Origin: the human T2T-CHM13v2.0 reference genome, Homo sapiens
Assembly: GCF_009914755.1 (NCBI RefSeq)
Contig: NC_060936.1
Length of the DNA: 64,000 nt
Direction: 5' to 3' (one strand)
The translations under genes and the position numbers were made by a program. The number at the start of each line of letters is the position of its first letter. Positions within the stretch are counted from its first letter, which is position 1. This document shows, in pieces, positions 30,053 through 42,303 of the stretch. The notes below the pieces were generated by a model, which saw nothing but the letters and a program-made list of their open reading frames with translations, made no database searches and was not told where the DNA came from.

Positions 30053-32192
30053 AACGAAATGAAGAAAGCATTTTGACCAATGATGCTCTTAGATCCTGGC
30101 AGCAGGTAAAAATTATGTACCATTTTTTTCCATTCTTTGTCAGAGTAGATTGAAATCTTATTTTTCTTCTCTATTAAGCCTAAGCAGCTACCAGTTGAAA
30201 AGATGCTAGGATCTCTTCATTGGATCATTCCACCACTACTGTCCTCTAACCCCATAAAATCAAAAGCGGTTTTTAGTTTGGTTATTCTGATAAAGCACTT
30301 AGTCTAATAAAGATCAAAGCCCAGCATCTGCAAGTGAAAATTCTCCTTCTAACATGATTTCTGGGATTTTGCAGCTTTCTACTTAAAAACAAGGCACAAT
30401 AGCAAGTCACCCCATCTTCCCCATATGTGAAATGGAGATGATGCCAGTGTCCTAGGGCCATCGTACAAATCAAGCTAAGATCATGTACAGAGAAACAGGT
30501 AGCGCTTGAAAAGCACTCATGGTTTCTCTCTGATGAGTCAGTGCCTACCTGGCACAGAACAGGTAGTCAATAACTGTTCGTGGAAGAACAGTTTAAAACA
30601 AACAAAAACATAGTTCAAGTAGAAAAACCTTTGTTATAATTTGAATAAAGATCTTCTCTGTTAAGGCCTCAAACTTCTGATGTGATTATTGAAGTGCTTT
30701 TTACATGCATGTGCTCAGGCCATCACTGTTTCTGAGTATGGGTCAGAGGCCCTTGGGCCTCTTCACGGTGGGAAGAATTTACAACCTCCCTTTGTTCTCT
30801 GTAGTGACTAGATTTAAAGCGAAGCATATGACACGTTTAACTGCCATTTCCCTCACACATACCCCTGTTATTTTTACCTGCATTAGAAATGGATTGGCTC
30901 CTTCCAGCACCCCTATTATTTGTACCTGTATTAGTAATGAGTTAGCTGTACTTGAGAGGCAGTCTTTACTGACTTTCCCCACATGCACTAGTCCCAGGCT
31001 GTTTAACAAAGAAGCGGGTGGAAGGCATTACCCAATTCGATCGTTTTCCAGGCTTGTGTGATTTTTTTTTTGAGGACTCAGATCAATAATTTTTCTGGTC
31101 AGACTTTCCTGGACTGTGCATATTAGCACTTTGACAGTTGAATAAGCATTTAATTTGCATGTCCACCTAGAAAGTTGCAAGGGGGGTGTTTTTGAAGTAG
31201 AATGTGACATGTCAGGCCTATGGTCTACAGCCTGAAGTGTCTGAGAGGGAAGAAAGAGAACCAAAGCTTCTGTTTCTGAAATATAATGTGACAAATACCA
31301 CTTTAATTAAATTCCATAAATTCTCATCCCACTTTTAAAGGTAGGTGGTATTACCCCTGTTGTTCAAATGAAAGTGGTCAGAAATATTGAATCTTGTCAC
31401 TTCCCTTTGGGTGCAAAATGAAAGGCCCTACATCCTTAGAAGTCACATCAGGATACATCATGTAAGCCTGGTGAACAAATCCCAAGAGACATACTTGAAA
31501 TATGGAAAGGAAACAGGTACTTGAAAGAGTAGGGCACCTTACTAGCTTGAGATGTATTATTCTATGCTCTCAAAATAGATAATGGTTTGGAAGCACGGCT
31601 TGGCTTACTGCTATATTTATGTTCAGAGGTTGCTTGTTTTCCACGTACTTTTAAAAACTATTCTGGAAGGGAAGGGGTTAGTATATATATGTGGGATGTG
31701 GAAATATAATAGCCAATTTAAATGAACTTAAAGCTGTAACAGTGATACTATCAGTCTACTGTGGTGGGGTTGCTAATGCATTTAACTGAGTGCTTTTTAA
31801 CAGCCCAGCTGGAGAAACAGGAAGTGGGACAGGATCAGTGGAAACGCTGCTTGGGTATTTGAAATTCAAGCAGTGAGACCTGAGAGACTGGAGTTCCTCG
31901 CCAATTCCAGAACCTCAGTGCAGGGCATTACTCTTTTAGATACAAAGATTGGGTGTAGAAACTCCACATCTGTCAGCCACGTAACACAGCCCATCAGATA
32001 ATCATGTTAAGGCTAACAGCCAGTTCGAAACATTCTGTAGAACTATATCTGTTCAAGGGCTACCAGGTCCTACCTATCTGTCTCACCTCCTGCTTTCTCT
32101 TGCTGGGCGTTTGTGTGCTGTTTGGAGATTCTAAATATTTTACACTGATGTTTCTTTATCTTTAACACATTGCTTCTCTCTTTGTGCTTCAG

Positions 32193-32234
32193 GGAAGATG
32201 GTGAAAAAAGTCTGTCCTTGCAACCAGCTCTGTA
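32193..32234 (+). CDS. WNK1: WNK1 alternative exon 26b (R-KMVKKVCPCNQLC)
   Basis: ttctctctttgtgcttcag|ggaaga ... tgta|gtaatt; 42 nt, phase 1-1, open frame; matches recalled cassette exon 26b. Confidence 0.78.
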
Positions 32235-33540
32235 GTAATTATCTTTTCTGTTATTTTTGGTCCTTGATTGCAAAGCCTGTTAACCATGAGTTCTTTCAAC
32301 TCTGCAGTCTCATAGCTCCCTGATTCCTAACTTCCATCTATCTCTGTATCCTATTCTAATAAATATTTAACATGCTTAATTGAGAAATCATCTCCTAGTC
32401 GGTGCCCTCAGTGATAACCCCATGTGAGCCTAGCTTGTGACAGACATGGATTGGTAATGGCCATGGGTATATATAGGGAGGTCAGGGATGCCTAGTTCCT
32501 ATGGGAGAGCGATCCTTTGGTCAGCAAATATGTGCCGGGCAGTGTTATTACCCCAACTGGAAACTCAGCAGTGACGAAAGCATACAAAAGTCCATGCCCT
32601 CCCACGTTCACACTGAAGTGGGAGATGTGTGCTAGATTGACGAGGAGAAAAACACCACTTTCTAGAGTTTGTCTTCTTAGACTGTGGCTTCTCATACTTT
32701 AATGAGAAGGCCACTTACAGTGTTGTAGGTAGGGTCAACAGGGAAATTCTGTACTTGGGATGTTGGGCTGTAAGTTATGGTTCATAATAGGTTATTGTTA
32801 GTAGGATCTGGTGATGTGGGAATAGGGGAAATGTATTATAATGGCAGGAGGAAATTTAAAAATGAATCTTGGGGGTAAGTCTATACTACTTATTAGGGCT
32901 TTTCAGAAGAACTAAAAAAGGTTAAGAAGTTAGCATATTCTCTCAAAGGCCTTTCTACATCTTTTATAGTCAAGTCTCCTTTTCTTAGGAGTTAATTTCT
33001 GGTCAGAAAATGATAGGTTTGTTTCATTCTTTAATGGGAGGCCTGTATACAGAAGCCAGAACGTGAAGGTTTAGCTGTATGGTTGACTCTTCCTCATGGT
33101 TTCTCTTTCCTCATAGAGAATCCTGTATTAGGTAATGTAGGGTAAAATGAAAAGTGAAATTTCGTTCTAAAGGGGCCTCGCAGCATCAGGGGCGACAGAC
33201 TAGAGAGGTGTGTCTCCCAGCATGAGCTCTGTGGATAAGCAATGGTCACGCCTCCTGAGCTTCTTGTATTTAGCTTTTGACAGCTCTGCTCCCCTGTGAT
33301 TATTTCTGTTTTTTGTTTTGATTGTCTCTCACATCAAGCTCACCAAGCAATAATTGTTCAAACAGGATGACAATCCCCATGCATGTGATATGCTTGCTTT
33401 CTAGATTGAGTCACTCACTGTCATGACTGCCCATCCTCATTGCCTGTGCTTCCCACTTCACCACTCTCTCACATTGGCTGTTCATGGAAGGCTGTTTTCT
33501 GTGCTCTCATGCTTCTCCCCTCGCGTTTCCTGTACTGTAG

Positions 33541-33656
33541 GGAGCTTACTCTTCCCTTCACACTGTATGTGCAATAGCAATCCCCTTGTGGCTCCAGCAG
33601 ACACCAAGAAATGAGCTGACACTCACACTGCAGTAGTTCCGTGTCTTGCCATAGCG
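33541..33656 (+). other. Candidate WNK1 cassette/poison exon ('26c'), SLLFPSHCMCNSNPLVAPADTKK*
   Basis: AG-free pyrimidine tract 33491-33538, ctgtag|ggagct acceptor, gcg|gtaaga donor; phase-1 frame stops at 33612-33614. Confidence 0.4.
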
Positions 33657-34497
33657 GTAAGAAGCATGTGACCTTCCTCACTGCAGCTTCACCTCAGAAT
33701 TAGCTGTTACTGCAGCACAGACCTGCTTGTGTGTGCCATTCCCCAGGTGGTAGGATATAAGCTTGACTTGAGACCAGCGATGGTCAGTAACAGGCTTTGA
33801 AGTGGCAGGATTGCGTTAGGTGTGCTGCTGTGATCTGGTGCTGCTTTGACCTTGAAAGCAGGATAACGCATGCACTTACTTACCCCCGCATTACTTGGGT
33901 ACCTTAAGGACTAGTGGTTCACAACTTACTTTAGGAGCTTTTATTTATTCTGTAACACGTGAGATCTGGTAAGACAGTGGGGGGTAAGGAAAACAGACAA
34001 GACCATGACTCTTCTTTCCCTCTTCCCCAAAACGTGCCTCTTCGAATAATCTTCAGTGTGCCCTCCAGCAGAGCCGAAATCAGGCAGGCATAGACTCCCT
34101 CCTCTCTCATCAAACCGCAGAAATAGAGTTCCTTCATCATAACCGCAAAGCTTCCTCCTCCCCTTTGCACCCTGCCTCAGCTGCATTTTCTTGTCGCTTC
34201 TACAGGGGAGTGCTTGCTGTTCTGGGAAGAGTGGGGAGAAGCGGTGGGAATCCTTGAGCCAATTGAAACTGAGGTCATCTTCAGGAAAACCATGTCTTCC
34301 TGAAGTTGAAAGATTCAGGCACACCATACAGTCCTTTCCTCATGAATAATCTTGTTCTTTACTCATGGGAAATTGGGAGAGGTTAACCCCTCCCAAGTTT
34401 ATGTTTGCAAATTCATGTTTATGGGTCCAGGTGAAAAACTTTTCTGAACACAGCATGCTACTTCTCTTATTACCTCTCTCTATTTAAAGAATGGCTA

Positions 34498-35090
<593 letters not shown>

Positions 35091-35599
35091 CTAAAGAATG
35101 TGGCAGTGTCCAATGGTTTGGAAACCCACCTTCTCCTTATCCTTAGCCAAGCATCTTTTCCTACTCCTACTTTAACCGTGCCCAATGCACAAGAAAACCT
35201 CTTTTTCCCTGCATTCTGCAAAATTCCAGAGCAACTAGCCTTGCTGATTGTATCACACCTCCATCAGCAACGTGATGCTGGGAATAGCGTACTGGCGAGC
35301 AGTTCCAATACTCTTAGGTGCTTTGTGAATGGACTGAAAGAGGCCCCTGCCTGTGTACCTACCGTCATCCTGAGTTGTTCAGCCTTAGCAGCAGCTACTG
35401 AAGAGAAACTGTTTTCATCACCCTATTATACCAAAACAAATGGCTAAACAAAACCTTGGAATCTTCCCTCTTGCATGGCTTCCCAGTTCATCCTCTTCTC
35501 ATTCTGTGGCTTGCCATTCATCATCCCGTGAAGTTTTCCCTCTTCCTGAAATTGTAACCTAGGCTTCTTTTAATGCTCGTATTCTGTTGCTTATAATAG

Positions 35600-35787
35600 G
35601 AACCAGCAGCACAAACACTGTTGGGGCAACAGTGAACAGCCAAGCCGCCCAAGCTCAGCCTCCTGCCATGACGTCCAGCAGGAAGGGCACATTCACAGAT
35701 GACTTGCACAAGTTGGTAGACAATTGGGCCCGAGATGCCATGAATCTCTCAGGCAGGAGAGGAAGCAAAGGGCACATGAATTATGAG
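35600..35787 (+). CDS. WNK1: WNK1 exon 27 (TSSTNTVG...KGTFTDDLHKLVDNWA...HMNYE)
   Basis: aatag|gaacca ... gag|gtaagt, 188 nt, ORF 35587-35820. Confidence 0.96.
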
Positions 35788-36227
35788 GTAAGTCTCTCTT
35801 TTGCCGCAGAGAATCCGTAACACACATCTGAGTCAAGGTGATAGAAACAACTAAGCTGCTGCTTAACGTCTTACGCCACGACCTTCTTCAATTTTAATAC
35901 TTTAGAAAAACAAGGCAAAAATCCCCCAGGTACCCTTTTATTTTTCCTTCCCTGAATTCCTAACCTCTTGTTGGTCAGCTCAACTTTTTCTTCTTCGTTT
36001 TTCCTTCGTCATCCTCAACTACACACACACAGACACACACGCACATGACATCCCTCCCTCTCATGAGGATTATTTTCACCCTTACTTGGTAAATATAAAG
36101 AGCCAATAAATACTACAGAAGACTGTTCTGCTGTATCTTACAGGATTATACTAGAAGTATATGTTAGCGCCACACATTTTATACCATGGCCCACACCAGA
36201 CTTGACACGTGGTGGTTTTGTTTTCAG

Positions 36228-36545
36228 GGCCCTGGAATGGCAAGGAAGTTCTCTGCACCTGGGCAACTGTGCATCTCCATGACCTCGAACCTGGGTGGCT
36301 CTGCCCCCATCTCTGCAGCATCAGCTACCTCTCTAGGTCACTTCACCAAGTCTATGTGCCCCCCACAGCAGTATGGCTTTCCAGCTACCCCATTTGGCGC
36401 TCAATGGAGTGGGACGGGTGGCCCAGCACCACAGCCACTTGGCCAGTTCCAACCTGTGGGAACTGCCTCCTTGCAGAATTTCAACATCAGCAATTTGCAG
36501 AAATCCATCAGCAACCCCCCAGGCTCCAACCTGCGGACCACTTAG
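36228..36545 (+). CDS. WNK1: WNK1 exon 28 coding part (GPGMARKFSAPG...SNLRTT*)
   Basis: ttcag|ggccct, TAG at 36543-36545, ORF 36186-36545. Confidence 0.97.
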   Translation, partial: GPGMARKFSAPGQLCISMTSNLGGSAPISAASATSLGHFTKSMCPPQQYGFPATPFGAQWSGTGGPAPQPLGQFQPVGTASLQNFNISNLQKSISNPPGSNLRTT

Positions 36546-37368
36546 ACCTAGAGACATTAACTGAATAGATCTGGGGGCAGGAGATGGAATGCTGAGGGGG
36601 TGGGTGGGGGTGGGAAGTAGCCTATATACTAACTACTAGTGCTGCATTTAACTGGTTATTTCTTGCCAGAGGGGAATGTTTTTAATACTGCATTGAGCCC
36701 TCAGAATGGAGAGTCTCCCCCGCTCCAGTTATTGGAATGGGAGAGGAAGGAAAGAACAGCTTTTTTGTCAAGGGGCAGCTTCAGACCATGCTTTCCTGTT
36801 TATCTATACTCAGTAATGAGGATGAGGGCTAGGAAAGTCTTGTTCATAAGGAAGCTGGAGAACTCAATGTAAAATCAAACCCATCTGTAATTTCGAGTGG
36901 GTGGAGCTCTTGCTTTTGGTACATGCCCTGAATCCCTCACTCCCTCAAGAATCCGAACCACAGGACAAAAACCACCTACTGGGCTCTCTCCTACCCTGCC
37001 CTCCTCCCTTTTTTTTACCCCTCTCTTTTTTATTTTTTCTTTGCTCTTTAGAACCCAGTGAAAAATACCAGGGTACTGGGGTGCAACTCTTTCTTATGAT
37101 AGGTCATTAGTGCTTTAAGCAAAAGATATTAGCAGCTTTGACTGCAGCATTAGCAATTAGGAAAAAAAAAAAATTAAGTTCCCTGCGGACATGTAACTTT
37201 GCCATCAGTTTTGATGTGGAAACACTGTGATATATAAAATGTTGTTGGACAACAGTAGTTTTAAGAGTAAAATATGAAACGTTTAAAAAGTTCCAAAAAA
37301 AGCTAGCTCTGTCCTTTACTTATTGAGACACTTTAACTTTTTCCTTTGTATTTCCATTGTATTAGATA

Positions 37369-37509
37369 AATAAATGTGAATGTAAAATTGTATAAATTAC
37401 TGTACTTGAATACTTCTGTTTCCCAGTGTTGCTTGCTGGACATTTTAGTGCCTTGGACTTCTATTGCTTCTGCCATTAGCATCAACTTACCAGACCCCAG
37501 ATCAATAAA
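37369..37509 (+). terminator. WNK1 proximal poly(A) signals (AATAAA 37369-37374 and 37504-37509)
   Basis: Canonical hexamers; the first has TGTA elements around it and a GT-rich stretch downstream. Confidence 0.6.
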
Positions 37510-39036
37510 GGGCATGTGGAAGGAAATCGTAGGTCCATGTGACCCCAGCAGTCCAGCAGTGGTTATGCCAAAGGGAAATTGAAAAAGTATTTTTTTAAGT
37601 CATTCAACAACTTTGTCTAGAGCAGGTGTAAGATGAGTAGGGTGGGAAGTTAGGTTGGCATCAGTGGTTAAAAACAGAAAGTTCTGTTTCGGGAATAGTG
37701 AGGAGGGGGTGTTGTAACAAAATTGGACAACTTAAAAGAATGGTGTGTGCTGGGTGAAAGACAAAGACTAAAGAATGAGGAAACAAACGTGATGCCTGGC
37801 CAGTGACTGTCATATAAACCTTTCTTATTTGAGCTAGGCTTGAACAGACGTGACCTAGAAGAAACTGAACATAAAGAGAAGGGGGTGGGGGGCTAGTTTT
37901 CAAGTTGGGGAACCTGATAGTGAAAAGTCACAGATGGAGAAAATTGCTCTCAGAAAAACTGTTTGGATTGCTTTCCTCTTGTTGCACATGTACCATGCAT
38001 TTCTCAGCTTGGGGTACTACATTTTGTGGAAAGTTAATCTATCATCTATCTTTCCACATCTGAATTAATCATTCTAGGAAAGAATACTTATTCCTACTCA
38101 TTTCCTTTATGATGTCCAAATGGTTGCAGGATCATAATCTATTGTGCCACCTTTATTTCTAGAAGTACAACTAATATGTTCACATTTTCAAATAAATAAT
38201 ACTCCCCGTAAGTAATAACTGCAACCAATCAGTGTTATTCAGTGCTATGCCTCCTTGTAATGGGTAGTTATTAATTATTTTCAGAGCTTTCCGGAAATAC
38301 TGTCCTAACTGGCTATGTTTAGGATCTTTGTTATCTCTGAAGACAAAGAAAGAAGCTAGGACTCTTAATTTTGGGGTGCTTCTTGACTCTTAGTTGGGAA
38401 ACTGAAAATATTTCCAACCTTTTACCCACGTCAATGGCATATTCTGGGAATCACCACCACCACCACCACTACCACAGAAAGAGGCTGGAGGCTCCTGTAC
38501 CCTGTTCATTCCTTAAGGGCCCTGCTTCCCTTAATAAGTAAGTAAGTTGGTCTACGGCCCTAAATATGCAAATGAGAGCTGAAGGTTTTTAAAAGGTAGA
38601 AAGGAAAAGGGCAAGGGCTTCCACCCCTGCTTTAAAATGATTTATTTATTCTCTGCTTGTATTTCTTGTGGAGAGAGTAAGGATAGAACCAACAAGGGGC
38701 TGAGTAGCTGAGAAAGGGGCCACCCAAGAGTGAAACATACTTTATACCAGAGGAGCAGTGGAGCCTCATGCAGCACATTATCATTTGTTATTTGGGTTTA
38801 ATAATAATTTTGACATCTTTTCACTCATACACAAAAAAAGTCAGAACTGGTGTTATTTACTGTTGATTTCATCCTCCTGTGTATGAAATAACAAGCCTAG
38901 AGGAATGAACTAGTGCTACTGAACTGTTTAAATTATTTTTGTGTTAATAGTACACTTTGAGTATCTTTTTCCACATTAAAAACTTTCTGAATTATAAATG
39001 TTTTCCTTACATTATTTAACAATGTACACTGTTAAA

Positions 39037-39189
39037 AATAAAAATAAAAATTCAAACTTTGGGGGTTTCTCAGCAGCCGTTAATTGTACATTTTGCACTA
39101 ACTCTGGGTGTTGCGCTTCTTGTAAGATTGCGCTTTGTGCTTCAGTTTGTTACCTTTGTAGACTTATTTAATGAAACCATTCAAATAAA
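39037..39189 (+). terminator. WNK1 distal poly(A) signals (AATAAA 39037-39042, 39043-39048, 39184-39189)
   Basis: Canonical hexamers followed by GT/T-rich downstream elements. Confidence 0.7.
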
Positions 39190-39488
39190 CCAAACTTGCT
39201 TTTGTTGAGCTGTGGGGTTTCATTTCCAGAAGATTCCTTCACATTCTCATTGGCACTATTTTGAGTTAAGTGCAATTTATAACTGGATCCCTAATTCCTG
39301 GGAGCTCCTTTGCTGTCTCCTTAACTTCGAAAGGAATAGAAACGGTCGGCTGCCGGCTAGTACTTTCAGACTTCCTTATCTCAGGTTCACAGCTTCCCAA
39401 ATGGGTCTGAGCCAAAAAATAGGAAGTCACTGCTTCAAGATTAGCCACAGCCCAGCCCAAAATAATACGTCTAAAAAAATTATTAAAT

Positions 39489-39793
39489 TGGCTGGGCGCA
39501 ATGGCTCATGCCTATAATTCTAGTACTTTTTACTTTGGGAGGCCGAGGTGGGCAGATCACTTGAGGTCAGTTTGAGACCAGCCTGGCCAACATGGAGAAA
39601 CCCCGTCTCCTCTACTAAAAATACAAAAATTAATTAGTCGGGCGTCGTGGTGGGTGTCTGTAATCCCAGCTACTCGGGAGCCTGAGGCAGGAGAATTGCT
39701 TGAATCCTGGCAGGCGGAGGCTGCAATGAGTCAAGATGGCACCGCTGCACTCTAGCCTGCGCTACAGAGCCAGACCCCCCTCTCAAAAAAAAA
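39489..39793 (+). mobile_element. Alu between the WNK1 and RAD52 3' ends
   Basis: Alu dimer. Confidence 0.88.
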
Positions 39794-39914
39794 GTTGTTA
39801 AACTGCAAACTTCATTATTTTGGGGGAAGAATTATGAAACATCTGAGCACTATGAAAAGCCAATTTATGGTCAAGGTGGGTTACATCTCACACCTGAAAT
39901 GGGGAAGTAGAAAC

Positions 39915-40282
39915 AGTTGCGTTTGAGCATCCCTAATTGAAATGCTCTGAGATCAGAAAATTTCTGAGCACTGACGTGATGCCAGAAGTGGAAAATTCCA
40001 CACGTGACCTCGTGTGACAAGTCGCAAAGCACCAGGCATACAACAGTTTATGCAGCGACCCTAAGAGAAAAAAAAACCCAGCCCTCTTCAGCTGCAGTGT
40101 ATCTTCTTATACAAAAACTCTGTTTCATGCACAAAATTATGTGTATGAGGCATATACACGAAACACAGGTGAATTCCACGTTCAGACTTGGGTCCCATCC
40201 CCAAGGTCTCATTATGTGTATACAAATATTCAAAAAATGCAAAACAATTCTGGTTTCAAGCATTTCAGATAAGCAATATATA
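39915..40282. mobile_element. MER46/Tigger4-like DNA transposon fossil
   Basis: ttgagcatccctaa...aagcatttcagataag termini resemble MER46 TIRs; homologous to 61464-62361. Confidence 0.65.
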
Positions 40283-40341
40283 TATATTCTTCTATTTTGT
40301 TAATAAGGTATACGATTTGCTTTCTCAAAAATGCCTTTTCT

Positions 40342-40483
40342 GGCCAGACACAGTGGCTCACACCAGTAATCCCTGTATTTTGTAAGGCAGAGGTGGGAGT
40401 ATCACTTGAGCCCAAGAGGTTGTGGAGAGAGCTGTGTTTGCACCACTGAACTCCAGTCAGGGCAACACAGCCAGACCCCGTCT

Positions 40484-40521
<38 letters not shown>
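40342..40521 (+). mobile_element. Alu monomer (FRAM/FAM-like) with A37 tail
   Basis: Single ~145-bp monomer; A run 40485-40521. Confidence 0.8.
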
Positions 40522-40522
<1 letters not shown>

Positions 40523-41161
40523 AGCCTTTTTTCGTGGTCTTAGATGATTATTTCCTTCCTTAGGAAAAAATGTCAGTCTTGAAACAATGCAGGATTGTAA
40601 TGTCATAAATCCATAAATTATTTATATTAAATGAAGATTGTAGCCTGGATTGATACAAAGTAGTGAAAAGCACTGCTCCAACCTTTTTCCTGTCGTGATC
40701 CACAGTGCTTAATGTGGACAACATTAAAGGCATGGACCGTAAAGGAAAGAAGGCAGACGTTAATGCAAAACAACTGAATGTAGACAACTGCTGAGGCAGG
40801 TGCTTAGGACCAAGTCTGGCCTATATTGCTTGAGGCTATTATATTGTTTGGTGATTCCTAAAATGTCCATCTTCATTAACATAATAGTTCAGTAATAAAT
40901 AGTGGGAAGCCTCACAAGCCGAAGAAAAGGTATTCATCTGTCCAGAGCCTCTCCCTACTAGAGTGATGGACAAGCTTTTCAAAAGTGCTCAGCTCTAACT
41001 GCAGTGGGCTCTCAGTCAGATCCTCTTGATAAGGTTCAGAATGAAGCAAGATAAATCGCAATGACGTTCATTCTCCAGCAGCGATGAACAATTTCATGAC
41101 CAAAAAGTAGTTTTCCAAAGTCCCTTTGTGACAGAGTCCAATTATGTGGCCTGAGCCTCAG

Positions 41162-41223
41162 TTAAGATGGATCATATTTCCTTTTCTTCATGTCCTGGCT
41201 CTTCCTATGAGATTCCCAGTTTC
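41162..41223 (-). CDS. RAD52: RAD52 exon 12 coding part (GNWESHRKSQDMKKRKYDPS*, C-terminal NLS)
   Basis: catag|gaaact, TAA at 41164-41162. Confidence 0.96.
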
Positions 41224-41664
41224 CTATGGAAGACAAAATGGCTTAAATGTAGCTGCCATAATTTTAAAATAAACTGACAGCTAGTGATTTCTGGATTATA
41301 TTAATGATCCTAATTTAGACTAAGCCCAAGAATGAGAATTACTGTTAGGAGGAAGGCAGATGATTCTCCTAGACCAAGTGGCCTCGTGCTCATGACAGAC
41401 CTGCTGCTGGGAGGGACAGCTCTCCATGCAGTCGTTTCCGCTTCCTGCTATTATCAGGAGCTGAAAAGGGCTGCACCTGAAGTCAGGAGCCCAAAGGAAA
41501 CGTTCTGGCTCTTAAATCAATTCTGTTCTACTTGCAGTACCATTCCCTAATAGAAGTTCCCGATTCTATCAAACTTTAAATGAAATGTCATCCTTCCTCA
41601 AAAATTCCCAGAATTAAAGCTAGGATCTCCCCTTAATTTTTGTGCCTAAACACCTCTCTGCTAC

Positions 41665-41892
41665 CTGTTGTGCGTTGGTCAGCGCTATAAGTTTGGAGGT
41701 CCCAAGATCCAGATTTTGCTTGTGGTTTCTGGTGGCAAACGCTGTGTGGAGTCCTGTTCTGGGTCACCATCTGGTTGTTCAAGGCTAATGTGTCAGAGGT
41801 CTGGGCTGGGTCTGCTCTAGACGAGGGCTTGACCACACCATCCCCTGCATCGGGAGTCACAGCCCACTTTTCAGAGTTGTCTTCAAGAGTCT
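41665..41892 (-). CDS. RAD52: RAD52 exon 11 (KTLEDNSEKWAVTPD...ADQRTT)
   Basis: tgtag| ... cag|gtagca, 228 nt, ORF 41633-41953. Confidence 0.96.
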
Positions 41893-42201
41893 CTACAGAG
41901 GTCAAGGAAAAGTGCGTCATCAGCAAATAATGAAGTATTCTCACAGAAAGCACTGGAAAAACTGGCCCTCAGAAATTCCATGTCTTCAGTACCTTCTGAA
42001 AGTTTTTGGAATTTCTCTCCCCTCCCCCTAAAAGTACACTTCCCTTTGGTTAGGACCAAAGAGGAACTGGACATATGCTATCAGCCAGAACCCCCTCAAC
42101 AAAACCACACGAAAATGAGGATTTTTATGTCGCCTAAAAGGTATTCTGTGGCTACTAGAAACATACAGCACAGTAGCTTACAAGCATTTCAAGGTATTTA
42201 C

Positions 42202-42303
42202 TGATTAATTCTTGAGTCACTCCTGCAAGGAAGTCTTTCTCCAGGAGTGGTTCTGAGACAGTTACAGGAGTGCTGTGCGTCACAGGAGGGGCCGGAGGCG
42301 CTG
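42202..42303 (-). CDS. RAD52: RAD52 exon 10 (AAPPAPPVTHSTPVTVSEPLLEKDFLAGVTQELI)
   Basis: cgtag|cagcgc ... tca|gtaaat, 102 nt. Confidence 0.93.

Noticed and set aside
41171-41824. RAD52 nonsense alleles S346X and Y415X
   Set aside because: Codons are intact here (TCG at 41824-41822; TAT before GAT CCA TCT TAA).
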